Source: Escherichia phage vB_EcoM-CHD16UKE1. From it: 64,000 nt of DNA. The DNA is taken from sequence record MZ234030.1. One strand, given 5' to 3'. The position numbers and the translations under genes were made by a program. The notes under the pieces are model-generated. The model saw nothing but the letters and a program-made list of their open reading frames with translations. It ran no database searches and was not told where the DNA came from. This document shows, in pieces, positions 48,278-58,007 of the stretch. Every line of letters begins with the position of its first letter. Positions within the stretch are counted from its first letter, which is position 1.

Positions 48278-48690
48278 TGGCTATTAGATTTGAAGTTAAT
48301 AAATGGTATCAATTTAAAAATAAACAAGCTCAAGAAAATTTTATTAAAGACCATACTGATAACGGAATCTATGCACGCCGTTTAGGTATGCATCCTTTTA
48401 AAATTTTAGATGTGGATGCTCTTGGGCGTCCTATTAAAATTATGTCATTTGCTGGAAATTTAGTACTATCTTCTGGTAAAGATATTTTGGATGAAGATTT
48501 TATTTGGCTTTCATCGAATGAAGCTGAATTTTTTGATGAAGTTGAAAATCCATACCAGGCGGCTGAAGAGCAGGAAGAATCTGCACCGATAACTGATCAA
48601 TCTAAATTCCCTGTAATGAAAGTTACTATTGAAAATGATGAACAGGCATGGTCCTTGTATCAGATGTTGAAAGCTCACTTTAAGGAATAA
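48277..48690 (+). CDS. hypothetical acidic protein (137 aa)
   Basis: ORF track. Confidence 0.4.
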   Translation: MAIRFEVNKWYQFKNKQAQENFIKDHTDNGIYARRLGMHPFKILDVDALGRPIKIMSFAGNLVLSSGKDILDEDFIWLSSNEAEFFDEVENPYQAAEEQEESAPITDQSKFPVMKVTIENDEQAWSLYQMLKAHFKE

Positions 48691-48692
48691 TT

Positions 48693-48869
48693 ATGCCGCT
48701 TTATGATTATAAATGTCAATCAAAAGACTGCGCAAAAGAATACGAAAAAATCAAGAAAATTTCTGAAAGAGATACTGATGTATGTCCTGATTGTCATCGG
48801 ATTGCTATTCGGTTAGTCTCTGCCCCTAAGCATGTGAATGGCGGATTTTACGACTTACTTAAAGGGTAA
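48693..48869 (+). CDS. small zinc-ribbon protein (58 aa; CxxC...CxxC)
   Basis: ATG 48693 to TAA 48867-48869; YDYKCQSKDC ... CPDCH. Confidence 0.4.
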   Translation: MPLYDYKCQSKDCAKEYEKIKKISERDTDVCPDCHRIAIRLVSAPKHVNGGFYDLLKG

Positions 48870-48871
48870 TT

Positions 48872-49243
48872 ATGTTTAAAATCGGTAAGAAATATCGCAT
48901 TCGCGAAGGTGAAGAAAAGAAATATCTATTTTCTGCTATTTATAGGAATGGTTCTATTAATGCTGTAATATCTACAAGCGAATTTATCGTTGAAGATATG
49001 AAAGGTAATAATGTTACAATGATTAGTACAGCATCTGGAAATGACGGAAAAATTCTTCACAGTTTTCAGAGTAATGTTCTAATTTATGATGAAGAATTTG
49101 ACTTCTTCGAAGAAGTTCCCGAAGGTTTTGCTTTTGAATGCACTATCACTATGAAATCTGGTGACCCTCTTTCTTTTACAGTTAAAGATGAAGGAAGTCG
49201 CTTGAGAATTATTAGTCTTCTTCAAGCCATTAAATTTAAGTGA
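48872..49243 (+). CDS. hypothetical protein (123 aa)
   Basis: ORF track. Confidence 0.4.
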   Translation: MFKIGKKYRIREGEEKKYLFSAIYRNGSINAVISTSEFIVEDMKGNNVTMISTASGNDGKILHSFQSNVLIYDEEFDFFEEVPEGFAFECTITMKSGDPLSFTVKDEGSRLRIISLLQAIKFK

Positions 49244-49509
49244 AAATTATGAAATATATTAATCGTTCTATCGCGGCATTAGTATTAGCAGTGTCTTTAA
49301 TAGGATGTACTGATGCTGATAATGCAACCAAAGTTTTGTCTTCAAGTGGTTTTACTAATATTGAAATCACTGGATATAATTGGTTCGGTTGCTCTGAAAA
49401 TGATTTCCAGCATACTGGATTTCGTGCTATTGGACCTACCGGGCAGAAAGTAGAAGGAACAGTATGTTCTGGACTATTCTTCAAGGATTCGACTATTCGT
49501 TTTAAATAA
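49240..49509 (+). CDS. small lipoprotein (lipobox LIGC), 89 aa
   Basis: ORF track; signal peptide with Cys. Confidence 0.45.
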   Translation: MKIMKYINRSIAALVLAVSLIGCTDADNATKVLSSSGFTNIEITGYNWFGCSENDFQHTGFRAIGPTGQKVEGTVCSGLFFKDSTIRFK

Positions 49510-49510
49510 A

Positions 49511-49526
49511 AGGCCTTCGGGCCTTT
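49511..49526 (+). terminator. AGGCC-UUCG-GGCCU hairpin with short T-run
   Basis: aggccttcgggccttt. Confidence 0.5.
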
Positions 49527-49578
49527 AGCTTTATGATTACCGGAGTATAATATTCCCGAAACCAAACGAGGATAAGTG

Positions 49579-51396
49579 ATGATTAAGAATGAAATTAAAA
49601 TTCTGAGCGATATTGAACATATCAAAAAGCGTAGCGGCATGTATATTGGCTCTTCTGCTAATGAAATGCATGAGCGCTTTCTGTTTGGTAAATGGGAAAG
49701 TGTTCAGTATGTACCTGGTCTTGTTAAGCTTATTGATGAAATTATCGATAACTCAGTAGATGAAGGTATTCGTACTAAGTTTAAATTCGCAAATAAAATT
49801 AATGTTACTATTAAAAACAATCAAGTAACAGTTGAAGATAACGGTCGCGGTATTCCACAAGCGATGGTCAAAACACCTACCGGTGAAGAAATTCCTGGTC
49901 CTGTTGCTGCATGGACTATTCCAAAAGCAGGTGGTAACTTCGGTGATGATAAAGAACGCGTCACCGGTGGTATGAATGGTGTTGGTTCTAGTTTGACAAA
50001 CATTTTTTCTGTGATGTTTGTCGGTGAAACTGGTGATGGTCAAAATAATATTGTAGTTCGTTGTTCAAATGGCATGGAAAATAAATCATGGGAAACTATT
50101 CCAGGAAAATGGAAAGGAACTCGCGTTACTTTCATTCCTGATTTTATGTCATTTGAAACTAATGAGCTGTCCCAAGTTTATCTTGACATTACACTAGATC
50201 GTCTCCAGACACTTGCAGTAGTTTATCCTGATATTCAATTTACCTTTAATGGTAAAAAGGTTCAGGGCAATTTTAAGAAATATGCACGCCAATATGATGA
50301 GCATGCTATCGTTCAAGAACAAGAAAATTGCTCTATTGCGGTTGGTCGTTCACCGGATGGTTTTCGTCAATTAACTTATGTGAATAACATTCACACTAAG
50401 AATGGTGGCCATCACATTGACTGTGTTATGGATGATATTTGTGAAGACCTTATTCCACAAATCAAACGTAAGTTCAAAATTGATGTGACTAAAGCACGCG
50501 TTAAAGAATGTTTGACTATCGTTATGTTTGTCCGTGATATGAAAAACATGCGATTTGATTCTCAAACTAAAGAGCGTTTGACTTCTCCATTTGGTGAAAT
50601 CCGTAGTCATATTCAACTTGATGCTAAAAAGATTTCACGTGCTATTCTAAATAATGAAGCAATTCTAATGCCGATTATTGAAGCTGCTTTGGCTCGTAAA
50701 TTAGCGGCAGAAAAAGCAGCAGAAACTAAAGCAGCTAAAAAGGCTTCTAAAGCTAAGGTTCATAAACATATTAAAGCGAATCTTTGTGGTAAAGATGCTG
50801 ATACTACTCTTTTCTTGACTGAGGGTGATTCGGCTATCGGATATCTTATTGATGTTCGTGATAAAGAACTTCACGGTGGTTATCCATTACGTGGTAAAGT
50901 TCTCAACAGTTGGGGTATGTCATATGCTGACATGCTTAAAAACAAAGAACTGTTTGATATTTGCGCAATCACTGGATTAGTTCTTGGTGAAAAAGCTGAA
51001 AACTTGAATTATCATAATATTGCTATTATGACCGATGCTGACCATGATGGTCTAGGAAGCATTTATCCTTCTCTGCTCGGGTTTTTTAGTAATTGGCCAG
51101 AATTGTTTGAGCAAGGACGAATTCGCTTTGTCAAAACTCCTGTAATCATCGCTCAGGTCGGTAAAAAACAAGAATGGTTTTATACAGTCGCTGAATATGA
51201 GAGTGCCAAAGATGCTCTACCTAAACATAGCATCCGTTATATTAAAGGACTTGGCTCTTTGGAAAAATCTGAATATCGTGAGATGATTCAAAACCCAGTA
51301 TATGATGTTGTTAAACTTCCTGAGAACTGGAAAGAGCTTTTTGAAATGCTCATGGGAGATAATGCTGACCTTCGTAAAGAATGGATGAGCCAGTAG
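49579..51396 (+). CDS. 39: DNA topoisomerase II large subunit gp39, single 605-aa ORF (GyrB-like ATPase + Toprim)
   Basis: ORF track 49576..51396; first ATG 49579; continuous ORF with no gene 60 split. Confidence 0.85.
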   Translation: MIKNEIKILSDIEHIKKRSGMYIGSSANEMHERFLFGKWESVQYVPGLVKLIDEIIDNSVDEGIRTKFKFANKINVTIKNNQVTVEDNGRGIPQAMVKTPTGEEIPGPVAAWTIPKAGGNFGDDKERVTGGMNGVGSSLTNIFSVMFVGETGDGQNNIVVRCSNGMENKSWETIPGKWKGTRVTFIPDFMSFETNELSQVYLDITLDRLQTLAVVYPDIQFTFNGKKVQGNFKKYARQYDEHAIVQEQENCSIAVGRSPDGFRQLTYVNNIHTKNGGHHIDCVMDDICEDLIPQIKRKFKIDVTKARVKECLTIVMFVRDMKNMRFDSQTKERLTSPFGEIRSHIQLDAKKISRAILNNEAILMPIIEAALARKLAAEKAAETKAAKKASKAKVHKHIKANLCGKDADTTLFLTEGDSAIGYLIDVRDKELHGGYPLRGKVLNSWGMSYADMLKNKELFDICAITGLVLGEKAENLNYHNIAIMTDADHDGLGSIYPSLLGFFSNWPELFEQGRIRFVKTPVIIAQVGKKQEWFYTVAEYESAKDALPKHSIRYIKGLGSLEKSEYREMIQNPVYDVVKLPENWKELFEMLMGDNADLRKEWMSQ

Positions 51397-51425
51397 TTTA
51401 CTTTACCACAAGGATGTGGTATAAT
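51396..51425 (+). promoter_or_regulatory. T4-type early promoter (GTTTAC / TATAAT), near-identical to 4351..4380
   Basis: gtttactttaccacaaggatgtggtataat. Confidence 0.55.
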
Positions 51426-51450
51426 TAATTGGGCAAATGAGGATATTGAA

Positions 51451-51654
51451 ATGAAATCATATAAAGTAAATTTAGAACTTTTTGATAAAGCAGTTCATCG
51501 AGAATATAGAATCATTCAACGCTTTTTCGATATGGGAGAAGCCGAAGAATTTAAAAACCGCTTTAAGGATATTAGAGATAAAATTCAATCCGATACCGCA
51601 ACTAAAGATGAACTACTAGAAGTTGCCGAAGTTATTAAACGTAATATGAATTAA
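51451..51654 (+). CDS. hypothetical protein (67 aa)
   Basis: ORF track. Confidence 0.4.
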   Translation: MKSYKVNLELFDKAVHREYRIIQRFFDMGEAEEFKNRFKDIRDKIQSDTATKDELLEVAEVIKRNMN

Positions 51655-51664
51655 TGAGGAAATT

Positions 51665-53842
51665 ATGATTATCACCACTGAAAAAGAAACAATTCTTGGC
51701 AATGGTTCTAAATCAAAAGCATTTAGCATCACAGCATCTCCTAAAGTATTTAAAATTCTGTCATCTGATTTGTATACAAACAAGATTCGTGCAGTAGTCC
51801 GTGAATTAATTACTAATATGATTGATGCCCATGCACTTAATGGAAATCCTGAAAAATTTATCATACAAGTTCCAGGACGATTAGATCCGCGATTTGTTTG
51901 TCGAGATTTTGGTCCGGGTATGAGTGATTTTGATATTCAGGGTGATGATAATTCTCCTGGGTTATATAATTCATACTTCAGTTCATCTAAGGCTGAATCT
52001 AATGACTTTATTGGCGGGTTTGGTTTAGGTTCTAAATCTCCGTTTAGTTATACTGATACGTTTAGTATTACTTCGTATCATAAAGGTGAAATTCGTGGTT
52101 ATGTAGCTTACATGGATGGTGATGGCCCACAGATTAAACCTACATTCGTAAAAGAAATGGGTCCAGATGATAAAACTGGTATTGAAATCGTAGTTCCAGT
52201 TGAAGAAAAAGACTTTAGAAACTTTGCTTATGAAGTTTCTTATATCATGCGACCATTCAAAGATTTGGCTATCATTAATGGTCTTGACCGCGAAATTGAT
52301 TATTTTCCGGATTTTGATGATTATTATGGCGTAAATCCAGAAAGATACTGGCCAGATCGTGGTGGATTATATGCTATCTATGGCGGTATTGTTTATCCTA
52401 TCGATGGTGTTATTAGAGACCGTAACTGGCTAAGCATTCGCAATGAAGTGAATTACATTAAGTTTCCAATGGGTTCACTTGATATTGCTCCATCTCGCGA
52501 GGCTCTTTCACTGGATGATCGCACTCGTAAAAATATTATTGAACGAGTTAAAGAACTCAGTGAGAAAGCATTTAATGAAGATGTAAAACGATTTAAAGAA
52601 TCTACATCTCCTCGTCACACATATCGTGAATTGATGAAGATGGGGTATTCTGCTCGAGATTATATGATTAGTAATTCAGTCAAATTCACGACTAAAAATC
52701 TGTCATATAAGAAGATGCAGAGTATGTTTGAACCTGATAGTAAGTTATGCAACGCGGGAGTTGTGTATGAAGTAAATCTTGACCCTCGACTGAAACGCAT
52801 TAAGCAAAGCCATGAAACTTCAGCCGTTGCATCAAGTTATCGTCTGTTTGGTATTAATACAACAAAAATTAATATCGTTATTGATAATATTAAAAATCGT
52901 GTTAATATTGTCCGTGGATTAGCACGTGCGTTAGATGATAGTGAATTTAATAACACTTTGAATATTCATCATAACGAACGCCTTCTGTTTATTAACCCAG
53001 AAGTAGAATCACAGATTGATTTACTTCCTGATATTATGGCGATGTTTGAAAGTGATGAAGTTAACATTCATTATTTGTCAGAAATCGAAGCTTTAGTTAA
53101 AAGCTATATTCCAAAGGTAGTTAAAAGTAAAGCTCCTCGTCCTAAAGCTGCTACAGCATTTAAGTTTGAAATTAAAGACGGGCGCTGGGAAAAAGAGGAA
53201 TTATTTACGCTCACATCAGAAGCAGATGAAATTACTGGGTATGTAGCGTATATGCATCGTTCTGATATTTTCTCTATGGATGGTACTACATCTCTTTGTC
53301 ATCCATCTATGAATATTTTGATTCGTATGGCTAATCTTATTGGCATTAATGAGTTTTATGTTATTCGTCCGCTTTTGCAGAAAAAGGTAAAAGAACTCGG
53401 TCAGTGCCAATGTATTTTTGAAACTTTGCGTGATTTATATGTAGATGCTTTTGATGATGTAGATTATGATAAGTACGTAGGTTATTCAAGTTCAGCTCAA
53501 CGATATATTGATAAAATTATCAAGTATCCTGAGTTAGATTTTATGATGAAGTACTTCAGTACAGATGAAGTTTCTGAAGAATATACACGACTCGCTAATA
53601 TAGTTAGTTCATTGCGCGGTGTATATTTTAATGGTGGAAAAGATACCATCGGTCATGACATCTGGACAGTAACTAATCTCTTTGATGAATTATCACGTAA
53701 TGCTTCAAAAAATAGTGATAAAATGGTTGCTGAGTTTACCAAGAAATTCCGTATTGTTTCCGACTTCATCGGTTATCGTAACTCTTTGAGTGATGATGAA
53801 GTTTCCCAAATCGCTAAAACTATGAAGGCCCTTGCGGCCTAA
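51665..53842 (+). CDS. rIIA: rIIA protein (725 aa)
   Basis: ORF track; N-terminal GHKL-type ATPase-like region; length matches T4 rIIA. Confidence 0.9.
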   Translation: MIITTEKETILGNGSKSKAFSITASPKVFKILSSDLYTNKIRAVVRELITNMIDAHALNGNPEKFIIQVPGRLDPRFVCRDFGPGMSDFDIQGDDNSPGLYNSYFSSSKAESNDFIGGFGLGSKSPFSYTDTFSITSYHKGEIRGYVAYMDGDGPQIKPTFVKEMGPDDKTGIEIVVPVEEKDFRNFAYEVSYIMRPFKDLAIINGLDREIDYFPDFDDYYGVNPERYWPDRGGLYAIYGGIVYPIDGVIRDRNWLSIRNEVNYIKFPMGSLDIAPSREALSLDDRTRKNIIERVKELSEKAFNEDVKRFKESTSPRHTYRELMKMGYSARDYMISNSVKFTTKNLSYKKMQSMFEPDSKLCNAGVVYEVNLDPRLKRIKQSHETSAVASSYRLFGINTTKINIVIDNIKNRVNIVRGLARALDDSEFNNTLNIHHNERLLFINPEVESQIDLLPDIMAMFESDEVNIHYLSEIEALVKSYIPKVVKSKAPRPKAATAFKFEIKDGRWEKEELFTLTSEADEITGYVAYMHRSDIFSMDGTTSLCHPSMNILIRMANLIGINEFYVIRPLLQKKVKELGQCQCIFETLRDLYVDAFDDVDYDKYVGYSSSAQRYIDKIIKYPELDFMMKYFSTDEVSEEYTRLANIVSSLRGVYFNGGKDTIGHDIWTVTNLFDELSRNASKNSDKMVAEFTKKFRIVSDFIGYRNSLSDDEVSQIAKTMKALAA

Positions 53843-53853
53843 TAAGGAAAATT

Positions 53854-54792
53854 ATGTACAATATTAAATGCCTGACCAAAAACGAACAAGCTGAAATTGT
53901 TAAACTGTATTCAAGTGGTAATTACACCCAACAGGAATTGGCTGATTGGCAAGGTGTATCGGTTGACACAATCCGTCGTGTTTTGAAAAATGCCGAAGAA
54001 GCTAAACGCCCTAAAGTTACTATTAGTGGTGATATTACAGTTAAAGTTAATAGCGATGCAGTTATTGCTCCAGTTGCTAAATCTGACATTATTTGGAATG
54101 CATCTAAAAAATTCATTTCAATTACTGTTGACGGTGTAACTTATAACGCAACTCCTAATACTCATTCAAACTTCCAGGAAATTCTTAATCTGCTTGTAGC
54201 GGATAAGTTGGAAGAAGCGGCACAAAAAATTAATGTTCGTCGCGCTGTTGAAAAATATATTTCCGGCGATGTTCGAATTGAAGGTGGAAGCTTGTTCTAT
54301 CAAAATATTGAATTGCGGTCTGGTTTGGTTGATCGTATTCTTGACTCGATGGAAAAAGGCGAAAACTTTGAATTTTATTTTCCGTTCTTGGAAAATCTGT
54401 TGGAAAACCCAAGCCAAAAAGCGGTATCTCGACTCTTTGATTTCTTGGTAGCAAACGATATTGAAATTACAGAAGATGGCTACTTCTATGCTTGGAAAGT
54501 AGTTCGCAGCAATTACTTTGACTGTCACTCAAATACCTTTGATAACAGTCCGGGTAAAGTAGTTAAAATGCCACGTACTCGTGTGAATGACGATGATACA
54601 CAAACTTGTTCTCGTGGTCTGCATGTGTGTTCTAAATCTTATATTCGTCACTTTGGCAATTCAACCAGCCGAGTCGTAAAAGTTAAAGTGCATCCTCGCG
54701 ATGTGGTATCAATTCCGATTGATTACAACGACGCTAAAATGCGTACCTGCCAATACGAAGTAGTTGAAGACGTTACTGAACAATTTAAATAA
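53854..54792 (+). CDS. rIIB: rIIB protein (312 aa)
   Basis: ORF track; length and adjacency to rIIA. Confidence 0.9.
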   Translation: MYNIKCLTKNEQAEIVKLYSSGNYTQQELADWQGVSVDTIRRVLKNAEEAKRPKVTISGDITVKVNSDAVIAPVAKSDIIWNASKKFISITVDGVTYNATPNTHSNFQEILNLLVADKLEEAAQKINVRRAVEKYISGDVRIEGGSLFYQNIELRSGLVDRILDSMEKGENFEFYFPFLENLLENPSQKAVSRLFDFLVANDIEITEDGYFYAWKVVRSNYFDCHSNTFDNSPGKVVKMPRTRVNDDDTQTCSRGLHVCSKSYIRHFGNSTSRVVKVKVHPRDVVSIPIDYNDAKMRTCQYEVVEDVTEQFK

Positions 54793-54806
54793 GGGCTTCG
54801 GCCCTT
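54793..54806 (+). terminator. GGGC-UUCG-GCCC hairpin
   Basis: gggcttcggccctt right after rIIB stop. Confidence 0.5.
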
Positions 54807-54820
54807 AACTAAGGAAAATT

Positions 54821-55015
54821 ATGTTAGGTTATCAAGCACGAGTAAAAGAAGAATACGATCAATTAATGCTCAAAATTAATGCACTGAGTAAATTTTTAGA
54901 AAGCGCAAAGTTTCTAACAGTTAGTGTAGTTGAGCAAGAACTGCTACTTTCACAGTTCATCTCAATGAAATCTTATGCTGAATGTCTAGAGAAAAGAATT
55001 GCACAATTCAAGTAA
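54821..55015 (+). CDS. hypothetical protein (64 aa)
   Basis: ORF track. Confidence 0.4.
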   Translation: MLGYQARVKEEYDQLMLKINALSKFLESAKFLTVSVVEQELLLSQFISMKSYAECLEKRIAQFK

Positions 55016-55021
55016 AATAAA

Positions 55022-55037
55022 GGGCTTCGGCCCTTTT
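55022..55037 (+). terminator. GGGC-UUCG-GCCC hairpin with T4
   Basis: gggcttcggccctttt. Confidence 0.6.
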
Positions 55038-55053
55038 GTTTTAAGGAAAAATT

Positions 55054-55383
55054 ATGATTTATTGTATGAATATCGGTGATTCCGACATAAAAGAGATTAA
55101 ACTGCACGGAAATCATCACGCTAATATTGTGTACTGTAATAAATTTGAGTTTGGTCACGAAAAACTTGGGTTTCTTTACTGTAATGATGTTATAGTCATG
55201 GATAAAAAGGAGCTCGATGAACTTGACCGCGAGTCTTTAGATGAAAATGACCGAATTTATTACGGCACTCTTAAAGTATATAACGCTTATCTCAGTGGTA
55301 AAAAGGAAAGTCTAAATGCAGAAAACGAATCCGGGTTTACAGAGACTATTTCAGATTCCGACATTTACCCTATCGAACAGTGA
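55054..55383 (+). CDS. hypothetical protein (109 aa)
   Basis: ORF track. Confidence 0.4.
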   Translation: MIYCMNIGDSDIKEIKLHGNHHANIVYCNKFEFGHEKLGFLYCNDVIVMDKKELDELDRESLDENDRIYYGTLKVYNAYLSGKKESLNAENESGFTETISDSDIYPIEQ

Positions 55384-55873
55384 CTTGACTAGTGAAATGA
55401 AGGTCAAAATTGCTGATACTGCAAGATACTCTTTAAAACAAAACCCGAACCAGGATAAAGCAGAAGTTATTGAAAGATGTCGTATTGCTGTATACGCAGA
55501 GTTTTTTGTAGCAGATTGGCTAAGCGGGTATGTTAATAAAGGTCAAGAAGATGTCGATGATCCATATACATACGCGTGGGATGTTTTAGCACATCCAAAA
55601 TACTGTGGGCTTCGTGTAGAAGTTAAGACACATCAAACTGGCTCACGTTGGATTTCTGTAACAACAGGATGCAGCGGAGAGTATCCATACGGTTCTGGAA
55701 TAAATCTAGGGCCCATTTTAAATCATCAAGTCGCTGACTGTATAATTATATTCAACACTAAAGAAATTCATCCAGGTGTTATCCAGTACACTCCGAAGTT
55801 CATCGGTGACAGAGAAGACCTTCGTAAGGTTGTAAGAAAAAGCAACTACAATGGATGGTATCTTTCCATTTAA
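55316..55873 (+). CDS. denB: endonuclease IV DenB-like (185 aa; alternative ATG at 55397)
   Basis: ORF track; length and position after rIIB as in T4. Confidence 0.55.
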   Translation: MQKTNPGLQRLFQIPTFTLSNSDLTSEMKVKIADTARYSLKQNPNQDKAEVIERCRIAVYAEFFVADWLSGYVNKGQEDVDDPYTYAWDVLAHPKYCGLRVEVKTHQTGSRWISVTTGCSGEYPYGSGINLGPILNHQVADCIIIFNTKEIHPGVIQYTPKFIGDREDLRKVVRKSNYNGWYLSI

Positions 55874-55890
55874 AAAATTTTCACAAAACA

Positions 55891-55920
55891 GTTTACATAC
55901 CACAAGGACCGTGGTACTAT
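55891..55920 (+). promoter_or_regulatory. T4-type early promoter with conserved leader (PeSL-like)
   Basis: gtttacataccacaaggaccgtggtactat + caactatcagctacggagg. Confidence 0.55.
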
Positions 55921-55947
55921 ACAACTATCAGCTACGGAGGAGTAAAA

Positions 55948-56211
55948 ATGAAATTTAAATTTTATTACGCTAAACATAAAATTACCGGTGAATTTATTGC
56001 ATTTACGACTTCAACTACAGATGAAGGAGATATTTTTACTGCAGTATTTTTATCAAAATGGGAATCAGATCAACCTTACTTATCATCACGTGAAGATCTC
56101 CAACGATTAGTTAATGGAGAATATAATGATTCATGGTCATATTTAGTCCATGATTGTGTTAAAAAGGCAATAAAACAAAAACACTTGGAAATCGTTGAGA
56201 TTGAACTATGA
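55948..56211 (+). CDS. hypothetical protein (87 aa from ATG 55948)
   Basis: ORF track 55855..56211; ATG 55948 after GGAGG. Confidence 0.4.
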   Translation: MKFKFYYAKHKITGEFIAFTTSTTDEGDIFTAVFLSKWESDQPYLSSREDLQRLVNGEYNDSWSYLVHDCVKKAIKQKHLEIVEIEL

Positions 56212-56290
56212 GTTCATTATGTTGGTGTTTTGTTTGGTTAATTAGTATTCCAGTAATTTGTTTAACATTTACTTTTGTGATGAGGTTATT

Positions 56291-56881
56291 ATGAAAATTT
56301 TGAATTCTGTACTTATTGCTTGTGCGTGGTGGGTTGCACAGGTTTCAGCGGTAGTAGTTGGTATTCACATTTATTACGAATATTTTTAAAAAAAGTTGTT
56401 TACAAGACTGTTCTTCCGTGGTACTATTACCCTATCAACTACGGAGGAACAGAAAATGAAAAAGATTGTTAAAGCTATATGGAATGTAGTTATAATACTA
56501 GTAGTTTTGAGTATATTCCCAATCGTTTTAATGATTGATGTATTAAACGCTTACTTTGGATTTATGTGAGGAAAATATGAAGCGTAAACGCAGTGCTTTT
56601 ACATTTATTGAATGGTTTTTCGATAATATTTTTCCGGCTTTATTCATTTTCATGCTGATTTTTGCCTTAGGTTCAGTTGTAGTTGGAATCTATTTGATGA
56701 CAGTAGTCGGAATTGATATTCATCAAAATGGTTTAAAATCAGTGGTTGAAACAATTTGGAATGGTGTAAAATGATGAATTTGCTGAGCGGTTGGTTTTAT
56801 ATTCTTATGTTTTACATTGGTGCAAATTTTCCATATTGGATGGGATGGTCAACAACTGCGTTTGGATTTTATACTCCTTGA
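56291..56881 (+). other. cluster of very small hydrophobic ORFs (32-65 aa; 56291-56389, 56456-56569, 56577-56774, 56771-56881)
   Basis: ATG/stop pairs read from sequence; all translations strongly hydrophobic. Confidence 0.3.
56398..56427 (+). promoter_or_regulatory. T4-type early promoter with conserved leader (PeSL-like)
   Basis: gtttacaagactgttcttccgtggtactat + ccctatcaactacggagg. Confidence 0.55.
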
Positions 56882-56889
56882 GGTGAATT

Positions 56890-57105
56890 ATGAAAAGTTT
56901 TAAAGATGTAAAAGTTGGTGAAATTTTTTGTTTAGATAACGGTGATCAGTTAATTCGTATTTCACCTCTTAAGAGCACTAGCGAAAAAATGACAGTTAAT
57001 GCTACTTTAGCAAATAACAGTAATGAACGTTTCTGTATTGAAAATGATACTGAAACTTATACCGTAGAAGAGTTTTGGGAATTGAGCGTCGACTGCGACG
57101 ATTAA
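56890..57105 (+). CDS. hypothetical protein (71 aa)
   Basis: ORF track. Confidence 0.4.
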   Translation: MKSFKDVKVGEIFCLDNGDQLIRISPLKSTSEKMTVNATLANNSNERFCIENDTETYTVEEFWELSVDCDD

Positions 57106-57111
57106 TTTAAT

Positions 57112-57133
57112 GGCCGCGTGTATTCATGCGGCC
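57112..57133 (+). other. 9-bp-stem hairpin GGCCGCGUG-UAUU-CAUGCGGCC
   Basis: read from sequence between ORF 56890..57105 and ndd. Confidence 0.5.
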
Positions 57134-57165
57134 TTGGAGTAGAAAATAATTTAGAGGAAATTAAT

Positions 57166-57624
57166 ATGAAATACATGACTGTTACTGATCTGAATAATGC
57201 AGGCGCTACTGTTATTGGTACAATCAAGGGTGGTGAGTGGTTTTTGGGAACTCCGCATAAAGATATTTTATCTAAACCTGGATTTTATTTTTTAGTAAGT
57301 AAATTAGATGGTCGTCCATTTAGTAATCCATGTGTGTCTGCACGATTTTATGTAGGTAATCAGCGTTCTAAGCAAGGATTCAGTGCAGTTCTAAGTCATA
57401 TTCGTCAACGTCGGTCTCAGCTTGCACGTACTATTGCAAATAACAATATGGTATACACAGTATTTTATCTGCCTGCTTCTAAGATGAAACCTCTGACGAC
57501 GGGATTTGGAAAAGGACAGTTAGCTTTAGCGTTTACTCGTAATCATCATTCTGAGTATCAAACACTTGAAGAAATGAACCGTATGTTGGCTGATAATTTT
57601 AAATTCGTTTTGCAGGCATATTAA
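57166..57624 (+). CDS. ndd: nucleoid disruption protein Ndd-like (152 aa from ATG 57166)
   Basis: ORF track 57118..57624; ATG 57166; length and position between denB and 52. Confidence 0.5.
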
Positions 57625-57683
57625 TGAGTAATTTCCACAACGAACACGTGATGCAGTTCTATCGTAATAATCTTAAAACTAAA

Positions 57684-57699
57684 GGCGTCTTCGGACGCC
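57684..57699 (+). other. GGCGUC-UUCG-GACGCC hairpin directly upstream of an SD (no U-run)
   Basis: ggcgtcttcggacgcc. Confidence 0.5.
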
Positions 57700-57711
57700 A
57701 GTGAGGAAAAT

Positions 57712-57870
57712 ATGAATATCGCAAAATTATTAGGAGTTATTTCATTTATTTGTTGGATAGTAGCATGTGTTTTAACTATCTGTATTGATGCCAGCAGTGT
57801 GTTTTCGCAAGCTTTAGCTCAGGGTATGTGTGCATATTTAACATTTGTGTTGTTATCTACTAATGATTAA
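57712..57870 (+). CDS. small membrane protein (52 aa)
   Basis: ATG 57712 to TAA 57868-57870; hydrophobic. Confidence 0.3.
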   Translation: MNIAKLLGVISFICWIVACVLTICIDASSVFSQALAQGMCAYLTFVLLSTND

Positions 57871-58007
57871 GAAAATCTTGGGCTATTCATTAGCCCTTGC
57901 TATTTTATTGATAGCATTATATTACGGAATAATGTTCGGATTAATTCAAGTCGTGCTTTTCATTTCTGATGTTATTATGGCACTACATTCACTAGTATGG
58001 TAAATTT

